A stretch of DNA of 64,000 nucleotides from a virus: IMG/VR virus record IMGVR_UViG_3300027085_000001; one strand, 5' to 3'. The notes beneath the pieces are model-generated. The model had not been told where the DNA came from. It made no database searches and worked only from the letters and a program-made list of their open reading frames with translations. A program made the translations under genes and the position numbers. Shown piece after piece: positions 46,337-55,071 of the stretch (positions within the stretch are counted from its first letter, which is position 1; each line of letters begins with the position of its first letter).

Positions 46337-46381
46337 TTGAAGATAGTCTACATGAAGACATAGGTCTCCGTGTAGGCTATC
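46337..46381 (+). other. 13-bp inverted repeat (1 mismatch) hairpin downstream of gene 45705..46325
   Basis: GAAGATAGTCTAC-n19-GTAGGCTATCTTC with nested AGAC-atag-GTCT; followed by T-rich run. Confidence 0.4.
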
Positions 46382-46400
46382 TTCTCCTTTTCATATTCCC

Positions 46401-48617
46401 ATGGCAATCCGACTCAGTTTCAACCAAGCGCGCTCATTCATTGAGTGCAACAGAAAATGGTACTATAAGAAAGTACTGCAGCTCCCCGATGATGGTGACA
46501 AGAAGTACGCTGATGCCGGAACAGTCGTTCACGACACACTTGAAGCATTCTACAACGAGAACCGAACGAGTCTCGCCGGACAGCCAGCTGCTGTTGCCCA
46601 ACCATTCTTAGAGAAGTATCGTTCAGTCTTCGATACGAACTGGGCGAAGTATCAACCACGCTTAGAGAAAGAAACGTACTGGCGCATGGTCGATAACGGC
46701 ATGCATGCAAGTTCACCCGATGGAGCACCACTCCATCTCTCAAGTTGCGAACTTGAAATCTTCTTCCCCGACTTCGTTGCATACATTGACGGAGTCCACT
46801 CATTCTATACTTCTTCTGACCCGAGCCGTGAAGGACTCATCATTGATTGGAAGACGAGCTCACGGAAAGCAGAGAAGGACAAACAGTACACAGAGCAGGT
46901 GCTCGCATATGCTTGGATGTACTGGCGCAAGTTCCACAAGCTGCCAGCTGCATGTGTAGTCTACTATCTCAAGAACCACAATGACAGGCTCGTTGTGATT
47001 CCCACAATGGCTGACGTCATGAAGATTGATGCTCTCTATAAAACAGTCGAAGGAGACATGGAGATGCTGCTTCCCTTCAAGGATGAGCCGAGTAAGTTCA
47101 CTCGTGTCTCCGCTACACAAGATGCTCCTGAATGCTACTGGTGTCCGTACAAGACGCAGTGCTCAGCTCCTGATGATATTGAGACGTGGAACTTAGTTGT
47201 GCAGGGAGACTGCATCGTCATCAAGCAACACGTCGATGAGAAGATACACATGATGCTCGAGAAGCATCTCAACTACAAGTTGAAGGATGCGTACTTCGTT
47301 GCAAAGATGGTGATGGCCAAGACAGGCAAACACTACGACGGTGTTGTCAGGTTATGGAACCGCGGCAAGAAGCAAGCACCCATCGGCTTCATTCACTACG
47401 TCATGACTGTGCTGCAACAGTGGAGCGAGTACCACGGCAGAAAGACAAAGTTCATTCTCGAAGATAACCGCACACCATTCCAACATCTTGTCGGCTGGCC
47501 TGAAGCGCTCATTGATGTGACGCTCTATGACTACCAAGAGCTTGCTGTAAAGGAGGCGCTGCGTGCACACTACGGCACCATAGAGGTACCAACTGGTGGT
47601 GGCAAGACTATGATATGTGCCGAGCTCATGCGTCGCGCAAAGGGCAAAGCACTCTTCGTGATTGACAACAAAGACTTGCTCTGGCAAACCAAGACTGAGT
47701 ATGAGAAGTATCTCGGCCTCTCATGTGGTATTGTTGGCGCTGGCGAAGAAGACTGGAGCAAGCACGTCACGCTTGCTACAGTGCAGACACTCACTCAACG
47801 AATCAAGAAGAAGGACCCAACTACGCTGGCAGAGCTAGCAAAGATTCATGTGCTCATTGCAGATGAGTGCCATCTCTGGGCGGCGAAGAGCTACTCTGTA
47901 CTTAGCAAGTCACTCAAGAATGTCAGATACAGAATAGGTTGCTCAGGTACTATCATGCGCGATGATGGCAATGAGAAACTCATTGAGGCATACATCGGCT
48001 CAAAGGTCTACACGATTTCTCCGGCTGAGTTGCGTGAGAAGAACGTCATCATGATGCCGAGAGTCGTCTTCCTCTCACACAGCGGACATGTCTCAGCTGA
48101 AGAATGGAAAGACGCATACGAACAACTCATTGATGATAGCAACCGCAACATCACTGTGCTTCAAGCAGCAACAAACATGTTCATCAAAGGAAAGAAGGTA
48201 CTCATTGTCTCACGACGCATCAAGCACTGCCGTTGGATATTCGACAATCTCAAAGAAGCACACGGAGACAACGTCTGGCTCGTCATTGGTGAGACAGAAG
48301 ATGAGAACAGAAAAGGACATGTCGCTTCATTCAAAGATGCCGAGGCGGGGATTCTCGTTGGCAACATGAGCATGTTCAACAAGGGTATGAATGTACCTGA
48401 CCTTGATGTCATCATCAATGCCACTGGCAATGCTGGTGACGTTGCAACAATCCAATCACTTGGACGAGTACTTCGATGCTCACCTGGAAAAGAGCAACCA
48501 CTCTTCATTGACTTCGACGATAGAGGTTCATTTGTTGATGAGCACACTGCAAAAAGAAAAGCGGCATTTGTCAAGCGAGGATATCCAATAGAGCCTACAA
48601 CACTCGAAAAGCTATGA
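46401..48617 (+). CDS. Cas4/RecB-like PD-(D/E)xK nuclease fused to SF2 (DExH) helicase
   Basis: 738 aa; N-terminus has nuclease motifs (GTVVHDTLE, GLIIDWKTSS, YTEQVLAYAW) plus Cys cluster CYWCPYKTQC; C-terminus has Walker A PTGGGKTM, DExH LIADECH, motif III GCSGT. Confidence 0.6.
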   Translation: MAIRLSFNQARSFIECNRKWYYKKVLQLPDDGDKKYADAGTVVHDTLEAFYNENRTSLAGQPAAVAQPFLEKYRSVFDTNWAKYQPRLEKETYWRMVDNGMHASSPDGAPLHLSSCELEIFFPDFVAYIDGVHSFYTSSDPSREGLIIDWKTSSRKAEKDKQYTEQVLAYAWMYWRKFHKLPAACVVYYLKNHNDRLVVIPTMADVMKIDALYKTVEGDMEMLLPFKDEPSKFTRVSATQDAPECYWCPYKTQCSAPDDIETWNLVVQGDCIVIKQHVDEKIHMMLEKHLNYKLKDAYFVAKMVMAKTGKHYDGVVRLWNRGKKQAPIGFIHYVMTVLQQWSEYHGRKTKFILEDNRTPFQHLVGWPEALIDVTLYDYQELAVKEALRAHYGTIEVPTGGGKTMICAELMRRAKGKALFVIDNKDLLWQTKTEYEKYLGLSCGIVGAGEEDWSKHVTLATVQTLTQRIKKKDPTTLAELAKIHVLIADECHLWAAKSYSVLSKSLKNVRYRIGCSGTIMRDDGNEKLIEAYIGSKVYTISPAELREKNVIMMPRVVFLSHSGHVSAEEWKDAYEQLIDDSNRNITVLQAATNMFIKGKKVLIVSRRIKHCRWIFDNLKEAHGDNVWLVIGETEDENRKGHVASFKDAEAGILVGNMSMFNKGMNVPDLDVIINATGNAGDVATIQSLGRVLRCSPGKEQPLFIDFDDRGSFVDEHTAKRKAAFVKRGYPIEPTTLEKL

Positions 48618-48654
48618 CAATATTTTTATATAGATATGAGTTACATATCTATAT
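48617..48654 (+). promoter_or_regulatory. TATA promoter overlapped by an 11-bp perfect inverted repeat (candidate operator or hairpin)
   Basis: GACAATATTTTTATATAG; IR ATATAGATATG-agtta-CATATCTATAT at 48628-48654; then AGGAGG RBS and ATG 48679. Confidence 0.4.
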
Positions 48655-48678
48655 CAATCAGATAAGGAGGAAATATAC

Positions 48679-49023
48679 ATGGCGTTGATTATCGAGAACG
48701 GACCACACACAATCCGGAAGCATGAGCTCATTCGACTTCTGGACCGTGAGCAAGATGTCAACAAGAGAACAGCGATGGAAGCTGAGCTCGAAATCTTAGA
48801 GACAAAGATTCGAGAGAACTACATGCAGCATCTCAAGGAGCATCAATCTCAGATACGAGATGAGCGGCCAAACATGAAGGGCATGAGCAAGAACAAGGTG
48901 AAGCAAGTCTTCGGAGACTACTTCCTCGAGCTCATCAAAGACTTAGATGATAACATGAAGAAGGGGATTGGCAGATACATGTACAAGAAGTTCAAGGGTA
49001 AGGGTGGCGAGGACGATGACTGA
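48679..49023 (+). CDS. hypothetical charged protein
   Basis: 114 aa ORF overlapping the PolB start by 8 nt. Confidence 0.3.
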   Translation: MALIIENGPHTIRKHELIRLLDREQDVNKRTAMEAELEILETKIRENYMQHLKEHQSQIRDERPNMKGMSKNKVKQVFGDYFLELIKDLDDNMKKGIGRYMYKKFKGKGGEDDD

Positions 49024-51415
49024 CTATTCTGTGATAAACATTGTTGAGGAACGCGAAGCAATCCTCTTTGTCCTCTGGGATGGAACCCAGAAGGCACTGA
49101 AGAGGATGCCGTTCCTTTCCTACTTCTTCGTTCTCAAGAGTGATGGTGAGTTGTATGAGAAAGACTTCGTGCTTGCCTTCGGCAAAGAGTATGCTCTCTC
49201 TTGGGTGAATGCCAAGAACTGTGATGCGAATGGTCCGGCGAATGTTGACTACATGCGCATTGAGACCACCAACAACTTCATGCGAGTCAAGCTACGCAAC
49301 TGGTGGGAAGACCGAGGCGTGAAGACATACGAAGCCGACATCAAAGCCAACAAGAGATTTCTCATCAACAACCCCGACGTTCCCCTACACGCTTCTAATC
49401 TCAACTACACATTCATTGACATCGAGACTGATGACCGTAAGCCATTGCGCAAAGACAAGGACGGCGTCATCATCGCCGATGCTTCTATCCTCTCTTTCTC
49501 AGCCGTTGATAGTACTGGTGCTGAAGTCTCATTCGTGAATGAAGGTACGAATGTACCTGAAGAACGAGAGCGTGACTTGCTCGTTCAGATAGGTGAGTAC
49601 TTGCAGAAGTACTGCATCGCTCTTGGCTGGAACAGTTCGAAGTTCGATATTCCCTACATCAAACAGCGGATGGAGATTCACGCGGTGCCATTCAACTGGG
49701 AGCACATCGTCGAGCTTGACTTCATGGAACTCTTCAAGAAGAACTTCCGTCACAGCTTACCAAGCTACAAGCTCAACGCAGTTGCAAAGAGTGTTGTCGG
49801 TGAAGAGAAGCTTGACCACCCAAAGGGTAACGGCAACATCTACAACTCATGGGTCAACACACGTGACCACCTCATCGAATACAATCTACAAGACTCACGA
49901 CTGCTCAAGAAGATTAATGAGCGGCTTCAGTTCGTTGAACTACACAAGACCATCAGTGACTTGGCTCACTGCTTGATGCGAGAGACACTCCAGAACAGTT
50001 TGAGTATGGACGTTCTTTTGATGATTGAATATCGTCAACAGAACATCGTCATGCCAAGCAAACCAACTCGGGAAGAGATGGATGTGTTCGAAGCACTCGG
50101 TAGCATCGGTGGTGGCTACACCACATGTCTGAAGAAGGGACTGCATAGACGTGTAGAGATTTTCGACTACAAGAGCATGTACCCATCAGTCATCATCACA
50201 TGGAACATCTCACCTGAGACCATGTTCAACCGAGAGATGCCAGAATGTATTGTCACTCCTGACGACTGGAACGAAGACACGGGTGGGCGCAGGTATCATC
50301 CCAAAAGATATTTCTCACGCGACAAAGGTGTAGTGCCCACCGTGCTCCAGCGTTTGATTGATGAGAGAGACAAGACGAAGTACTCAATGAAGCAGTTCTT
50401 GAAGACTGAGCCAGCAAAGTACCAACAGATGTACTTGCATCAGTATGCTCTCAAGGTCTTGGCTAATTCGGTGTATGGTATCCTTAGTTTCTCACGTTCT
50501 CGGTACTACTCATTCGACTTAGGTGACTCAGTCACATCATGCTGCCGTGCTCTCACGAAGAGTTGCTATGCATACTTTGAGTCAGTCGGCGGCATTCCGA
50601 TTGGAGGAGATACAGATAGCGTCTTCGTCTCACTACCTGAAGGCATGACGAATGAAGAATGTGACAAGCAGCTCGCTGAGTACATTGATTCTTGGCTCAA
50701 GCAATGGAACATCACAGCACACTGCATCGTCTTCGAACATGAGAAGACTGTGGGACCAATGCTCTTCGTCATGAAGAAGAACTACGCATATCTCTGTGAA
50801 GCCGAGAAGAGCGAGAAGAACCCGCTTGGCTTAACGCTCAAAGGATTAGAGTGTGTGAAGAGTGATGCTAATCCTCTTGCTGCAAAGCTTCAGAAAGAGT
50901 TCGTCATCGGCATGCTCACTGACAAGATTGAAGTGAATGCTTGGATGACTCGCATGATGGATGAGTACACACGCTGTGTTGATATGAAGCTGACGACTGC
51001 TGAAGTCACCATGAGCAAAGAACTCACAAAGCCAGCTGAGGAGTATGGTGGCTACACTATTGATAAGAAGACAAAGAAGCCGAAGGTCAAGAAGGATGGC
51101 ACACTACAGGCTCGACCGATTCCTGCTCACGTGAAACTTGCTCAACGAATGGCAGCAGAGGGACACGACATCGCAGTCGGCATGAAGATACACTACGTCG
51201 TAGTGGGACAGAAGCCACTCGAGATTGTCTCAGCTGATACTCACAAGGGAGAGTACGATGCTCTCTATTATTGGACGCGCTTAGTGAAGCCGTCCGTCAA
51301 GGTGATGGCCGCTAGTGGCTTAGGCTTTGATTTCAACAAGCTTGGTGTTCCCAGAAAAGTACTCGTGAAGTACGTCTCGGCAGAAGATGATGGTGAGGAG
51401 GATGAAGACGAATGA
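49016..51415 (+). CDS. polB: family B DNA polymerase
   Basis: Exo I FIDIETDD, Exo II YNLQDSRLL, Pol motif A DYKSMYPSVI, motif C GGDTDSVFV; start placed at internal ATG 49016 (MTDYSVINIV) giving an ATGA-type overlap with the upstream ORF. Confidence 0.85.
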   Translation: MTDYSVINIVEEREAILFVLWDGTQKALKRMPFLSYFFVLKSDGELYEKDFVLAFGKEYALSWVNAKNCDANGPANVDYMRIETTNNFMRVKLRNWWEDRGVKTYEADIKANKRFLINNPDVPLHASNLNYTFIDIETDDRKPLRKDKDGVIIADASILSFSAVDSTGAEVSFVNEGTNVPEERERDLLVQIGEYLQKYCIALGWNSSKFDIPYIKQRMEIHAVPFNWEHIVELDFMELFKKNFRHSLPSYKLNAVAKSVVGEEKLDHPKGNGNIYNSWVNTRDHLIEYNLQDSRLLKKINERLQFVELHKTISDLAHCLMRETLQNSLSMDVLLMIEYRQQNIVMPSKPTREEMDVFEALGSIGGGYTTCLKKGLHRRVEIFDYKSMYPSVIITWNISPETMFNREMPECIVTPDDWNEDTGGRRYHPKRYFSRDKGVVPTVLQRLIDERDKTKYSMKQFLKTEPAKYQQMYLHQYALKVLANSVYGILSFSRSRYYSFDLGDSVTSCCRALTKSCYAYFESVGGIPIGGDTDSVFVSLPEGMTNEECDKQLAEYIDSWLKQWNITAHCIVFEHEKTVGPMLFVMKKNYAYLCEAEKSEKNPLGLTLKGLECVKSDANPLAAKLQKEFVIGMLTDKIEVNAWMTRMMDEYTRCVDMKLTTAEVTMSKELTKPAEEYGGYTIDKKTKKPKVKKDGTLQARPIPAHVKLAQRMAAEGHDIAVGMKIHYVVVGQKPLEIVSADTHKGEYDALYYWTRLVKPSVKVMAASGLGFDFNKLGVPRKVLVKYVSAEDDGEEDEDE

Positions 51416-51487
51416 GTGATGAACCAACTAAACATAAGTCAGATGGCTGCAAGCAATTGACGCTGCCAAAGTTTTTCGGGTGGGTGA

Positions 51488-51883
51488 GTGAGGACAATGT
51501 TCAGGAACTTTAGATTCGATTTGTTTGTGCTTGGCGCATTCCTTGCATTCTATGTCTATGCTCTTATGAACATCTGGAACAGCCAATGGGAAGCATTGCT
51601 GTGGAACATTGGATGGATGTTTGTCTTACTCGTTGCTGTTTCATACTGGGGCTACTGGCTCCCGAATGGTGTGAGACGCAGAAAGATTGTCATCGTTATC
51701 AAAGACGGATTGAGTGGCTTTGATATCAATGTCCGCTCGTATCCGATGGTACACAATAATGAGAGACTATCAGCCGCAACATACTTAGGCATGAAGACTA
51801 TTAAATTCGTTCAGAGAGAAACAAGAAAAATGAAAGCGGAGGCTGAGAAACGTGCAGATGACCCTTTATCACGGTACCAATGA
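51488..51883 (+). CDS. membrane protein
   Basis: 131 aa with 2-3 hydrophobic helices. Confidence 0.3.
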   Translation: MRTMFRNFRFDLFVLGAFLAFYVYALMNIWNSQWEALLWNIGWMFVLLVAVSYWGYWLPNGVRRRKIVIVIKDGLSGFDINVRSYPMVHNNERLSAATYLGMKTIKFVQRETRKMKAEAEKRADDPLSRYQ

Positions 51884-52097
51884 TAAGCATGTGAAGTTGA
51901 CGAAAGACAGTTGCTTCACTGATAAGCTATTGACAGCGAAAGACTATGCCCTCTACTGGGTTGACCAGTACGGTGGCAAGCCATGCATCTTAGAAGTCAA
52001 AGGAGACTTCACTGCAGTAGGTGGCCCAGATGAGTTCAAGCTCACTGACCCACTACGACCACCGATGGTGCTACGAGTCATCGAGGTGAAGAAATGA
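51852..52097 (+). CDS. hypothetical protein
   Basis: 81 aa ORF; a 35-aa zinc-ribbon mini-ORF (52094-52201) follows, ATGA-coupled. Confidence 0.2.
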   Translation: MQMTLYHGTNDKHVKLTKDSCFTDKLLTAKDYALYWVDQYGGKPCILEVKGDFTAVGGPDEFKLTDPLRPPMVLRVIEVKK

Positions 52098-52193
52098 ACT
52101 TCGCTTGTTTCTTTGGCTTCCATCGATTCGAGCAATTGACATTCTCAACAGAGCAGTGCATCAAATGCAAAAAGATTTTCAAGGTGAACTCCT

Positions 52194-52451
52194 TTGCATG
52201 AACTAGACCAATTCAAACAGATGGTTCGAGAGATGGACCCAGACCTCATCCTTCATGTCACTAGTGACCCACAGGAGTACCACGTCTGTCGTCTCTGTTT
52301 CATGGAGTGGACGATTGGCAAGAAGGAGGGAGTTCCGGCTCAGACAATGACGGGAGGTCAGCTTGCTACTCAACCATATACATTCAAGACTCGTGAGCAA
52401 CTTGTCGGACATGTTCAGAGACAACATCTTGATGTAACTATGAAGGAATAA
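52194..52451 (+). CDS. zinc-finger protein
   Basis: CRLCF...H..H. Confidence 0.25.
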   Translation: MHELDQFKQMVREMDPDLILHVTSDPQEYHVCRLCFMEWTIGKKEGVPAQTMTGGQLATQPYTFKTREQLVGHVQRQHLDVTMKE

Positions 52452-52470
52452 CAGATTGAATAAACTGAAT

Positions 52471-52487
52471 GAGAATATTTATATATG
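52471..52487 (+). promoter_or_regulatory. early-type TATA promoter (GAGAATATTTATATATG)
   Basis: 46 nt before ATG 52533. Confidence 0.4.
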
Positions 52488-52532
52488 ACTATCAAGTCAA
52501 ATACTATATCAAAACACGTGAGGTGTAACAAC

Positions 52533-52799
52533 ATGGCAAAATGGAATGACGAAGACATGAAGAAGTACATCGAGCAGGCACAAGCAGGAAAGCCGCTCAA
52601 GAGAATTGGTTCAGAGGGTGGGCCAAAACCAGCAGCACTGAAGAGACATGCAAAGAAGCTCGGCATGGTCTTGCCGAAGAGGGGTGGGGAAAAGAAAACC
52701 CCTTCTGCTCCGAAGAAGGCAGCTGCTGTGAAAGCAGCACCAAAGAAGCCGGTTGCAAAGAAAGCTCCGGTGAAGAAGCCTGTCGTAAAGAAGGCATAG
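52533..52799 (+). CDS. DNA-binding protein with Lys/Ala/Pro-rich histone-H1-like tail
   Basis: start at ATG 52533 preceded by GAGGTG; C-terminus PKKAAAVKAAPKKPVAKKAPVKKPVVKKA. Confidence 0.4.
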   Translation: MAKWNDEDMKKYIEQAQAGKPLKRIGSEGGPKPAALKRHAKKLGMVLPKRGGEKKTPSAPKKAAAVKAAPKKPVAKKAPVKKPVVKKA

Positions 52800-52806
52800 A
52801 GCGGGT

Positions 52807-53340
52807 GTGACTATGAAAGTGATAGTTGAAGGAGTCGACCTAGCTGGCAAGACAACGTTTCTCGAGAAGCTCTCGAAGCGCATGAACGAAGGATGCATTC
52901 TCAAGAATGCTCTCAAGCCTCGTGCTGAGGGAGATACTGCAAAGCTCAAGCAGCAGTATGAAGACTTACTCGCGATGGCAGAAGCTCAACCAGAGATGCT
53001 CGTCTTCTTCGACCGCTTCTATCCTTCTCAACTTGTTTACTCTGTACTGCGCGGACACGATGATATGAGTGACGCTTGGTACTCTGAATTCGAGACGACA
53101 AGCTTTCAGACTCGTAGTTGTCTCATCATGATTTATGAAGATGATGGAGAACTCACCAGACGATATCGATTGCGAGGAGATGAGCACGTCAGTGAAGAGC
53201 AGATGCTCACACTCTCAAAGCGGTACGACATATTCTTTGAGAACTGTACTCTGCCGAAAGTAAAGCTGTGGTCACGAGACCCAGAGTACATTGAGAAAGC
53301 AATCGCATTTATCATGCAGAACCGAGGTGCATCAGTATGA
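52807..53340 (+). CDS. tmk: thymidylate kinase-like dNMP kinase
   Basis: P-loop IVEGVDLAGKTT (compare EG.DG.GKTT of thymidylate kinase) and DRFYPSQLVYS (compare DRY..S..AYQ). Confidence 0.55.
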   Translation: MTMKVIVEGVDLAGKTTFLEKLSKRMNEGCILKNALKPRAEGDTAKLKQQYEDLLAMAEAQPEMLVFFDRFYPSQLVYSVLRGHDDMSDAWYSEFETTSFQTRSCLIMIYEDDGELTRRYRLRGDEHVSEEQMLTLSKRYDIFFENCTLPKVKLWSRDPEYIEKAIAFIMQNRGASV

Positions 53341-53993
53341 ATATTCTTGACGTTGAAAACCCAGAGAACATTCCCCATCCTCTCTTCCCAGCTATCTTTG
53401 CACGACAACAAGAGCTTGCAGAGAAGTACCGAGAGATAGAGGGCATGGGACAGTTGCTCGATGAAGAGCACAGAAAGACAAATCTTGATACGCTCTTTGG
53501 CCAAGTATGGTTGAAAGACTTTGCCTGGCGAGTGACAGAAGAGCTCACAGAAAGTATTGAACCTGTCGTCGATAAGCGTGACAGCTTCACCGAGATGCAC
53601 AAGCTGCACTACCTTGAAGAGCTGAGCGACGCTCTCCACTTCATGACCGAGCTCTGCATCATTGCCAACATCAAGGCTGAAGAGCTTATTCCGATTGAAG
53701 ACATCGCACCTGTTCTGGCATATGAGATAAGCCCAGAGCACGCTGATGAGATTGCGCTACAACATTGGGCTGTTGTTTATCAGCTTGGACTCTTCTGCAA
53801 CTGCTTGAAGAATAAGAAGTGGAAGCAGACACAGATGATGACTGATAGGAAGAAGGCAATCAAGTACGCTGTGCAGGCGTTTGCTCAACTCATCCTCTGC
53901 TTCAAGAAAGCAGGATGCAGCAACGAAGACATCTACACTCTTTATTTTAAAAAATCGGAAGTAAACAAGTTCAGGCAGAGAAGCAACTATTGA
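53337..53993 (+). CDS. MazG-like all-alpha NTP pyrophosphohydrolase
   Basis: 218 aa helical; two acidic boxes (VTEELTESIEP and YLEELSDALHFMTE) spaced as in MazG/HisE EExxE...ExxD. Confidence 0.35.
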   Translation: MNILDVENPENIPHPLFPAIFARQQELAEKYREIEGMGQLLDEEHRKTNLDTLFGQVWLKDFAWRVTEELTESIEPVVDKRDSFTEMHKLHYLEELSDALHFMTELCIIANIKAEELIPIEDIAPVLAYEISPEHADEIALQHWAVVYQLGLFCNCLKNKKWKQTQMMTDRKKAIKYAVQAFAQLILCFKKAGCSNEDIYTLYFKKSEVNKFRQRSNY

Positions 53994-54002
53994 GGTGGAA
54001 CT

Positions 54003-54290
54003 ATGGACAAAGTGAATATGCGATACAAGTCAACACCGTTCACGAAAGAAGGCGTTGATTATGAAGTGATTGAGAATACCACGTTGAAGATAGAGAAGGA
54101 CGACTTCGCTATCACAGTGAGAGCAAACAAGATTCGAGCAATCAAGGACGAGTCAGCCGACCCAGATGGCGACATGAACATCCTGGTGCAGAAGAAGCTC
54201 AAGTACAAAGGCGACAAGCCGTTGGCCAAGGGCGACTTCGATGAAGCAGTTGAGGAGTTCGTTGGCCTCATAGATGAGGTGCTTGCATGA
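54003..54290 (+). CDS. hypothetical protein
   Basis: 95 aa ORF inside the nucleotide-metabolism operon. Confidence 0.25.
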   Translation: MDKVNMRYKSTPFTKEGVDYEVIENTTLKIEKDDFAITVRANKIRAIKDESADPDGDMNILVQKKLKYKGDKPLAKGDFDEAVEEFVGLIDEVLA

Positions 54291-55054
54291 GAATTTTCCT
54301 AAACGTCAATGAAGCAATGAACGAAATCAAGCGTGACCTCTTTGAGATGGGCGTCAAAGTACACCCAGCATCGATGCAGAACAAAGACGTCCGCAATGAT
54401 GATTCATATGATACGCTTGAGACTCAGAACTACTCGTTCTGCATTCTTGACATGAGTGACAAGGATAGCAAGGCACCATCAGTTGCTTGGTGCAAAGCTG
54501 AGTTCGCTGAGCGCATTGACCCGAACTTCATTAATCCGGGTACGGCATGGAAGCTCAGACCAGAAGTATGGACTGAGTTCATGCGACCACTCAAGGAGCT
54601 TGGACACGATGAGTCATACAAAGGCGACAAGCGATTCTGGGACAGAATCTCTGCTGACATGGATGATGATGAGAAGGTCTTTGAGTATACTTACAACGAG
54701 CGAATGCAGTGGCAGATACCCGGTATCATCACTGAGCTCACCGAGAATCCTGACTCACGACAAGCAATCATCCTGGTGCACAATAGAGAAGTTGATGCAG
54801 CACGCATGAGGAAGTTCAGAATCCCTTGCAGCATCTCATACCAATTCTTAATCAGACACGGCAAGCTCGACATCATCTACTACCTGCGCAGCTCAGACTA
54901 TGCTACGCACTTAGCGCATGACCTCTGGCTCGCTGATGAACTGAGAAAACACATTGCAGAGAAAGTCGGCGTGCCTTCTGGCAGACTCTTCTGCAACTTG
55001 GGAAGCCTCCACGTCTACAAGAGATATGGTGGAAACTTCGAGCACGTATTTTGA
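54287..55054 (+). CDS. thymidylate synthase (ThyA)-fold enzyme, divergent; could be ThyA or a pyrimidine hydroxymethylase
   Basis: C-terminal SRQAIILVHNREVDAARMRKFRIPCSISYQFLIRHGKLDIIYYLRSSDYATHLAHDLWL...GSLHVY aligns with the ThyA core SRR.I.SAWN...PPCH..FQF.V...LSCQLYQRS.D...GDAHIY; catalytic Cys present, but PCS replaces PCH and the FLG.PFN segment is missing. Confidence 0.55.
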   Translation: MRIFLNVNEAMNEIKRDLFEMGVKVHPASMQNKDVRNDDSYDTLETQNYSFCILDMSDKDSKAPSVAWCKAEFAERIDPNFINPGTAWKLRPEVWTEFMRPLKELGHDESYKGDKRFWDRISADMDDDEKVFEYTYNERMQWQIPGIITELTENPDSRQAIILVHNREVDAARMRKFRIPCSISYQFLIRHGKLDIIYYLRSSDYATHLAHDLWLADELRKHIAEKVGVPSGRLFCNLGSLHVYKRYGGNFEHVF

Positions 55055-55071
55055 GGTGAGGGAGAATCACT

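Noticed and set aside
46350-46365. GAAGAC/GGTCTC and CCGAGCTCGG restriction-site-like palindromes as engineered or anti-restriction features
   Set aside because: Isolated occurrences, likely incidental to hairpin structures.
49016-51415. Intein or intron in PolB, TerL or MCM-like genes
   Set aside because: Conserved motifs occur in normal order and spacing, and protein lengths are typical. No LAGLIDADG or HNH blocks.
52485-52532. ATG at 52485 as start of the Lys-rich protein
   Set aside because: That ATG lies inside the TATA motif. A downstream ATG at 52533 has a GAGGTG RBS and begins the conserved-looking domain.
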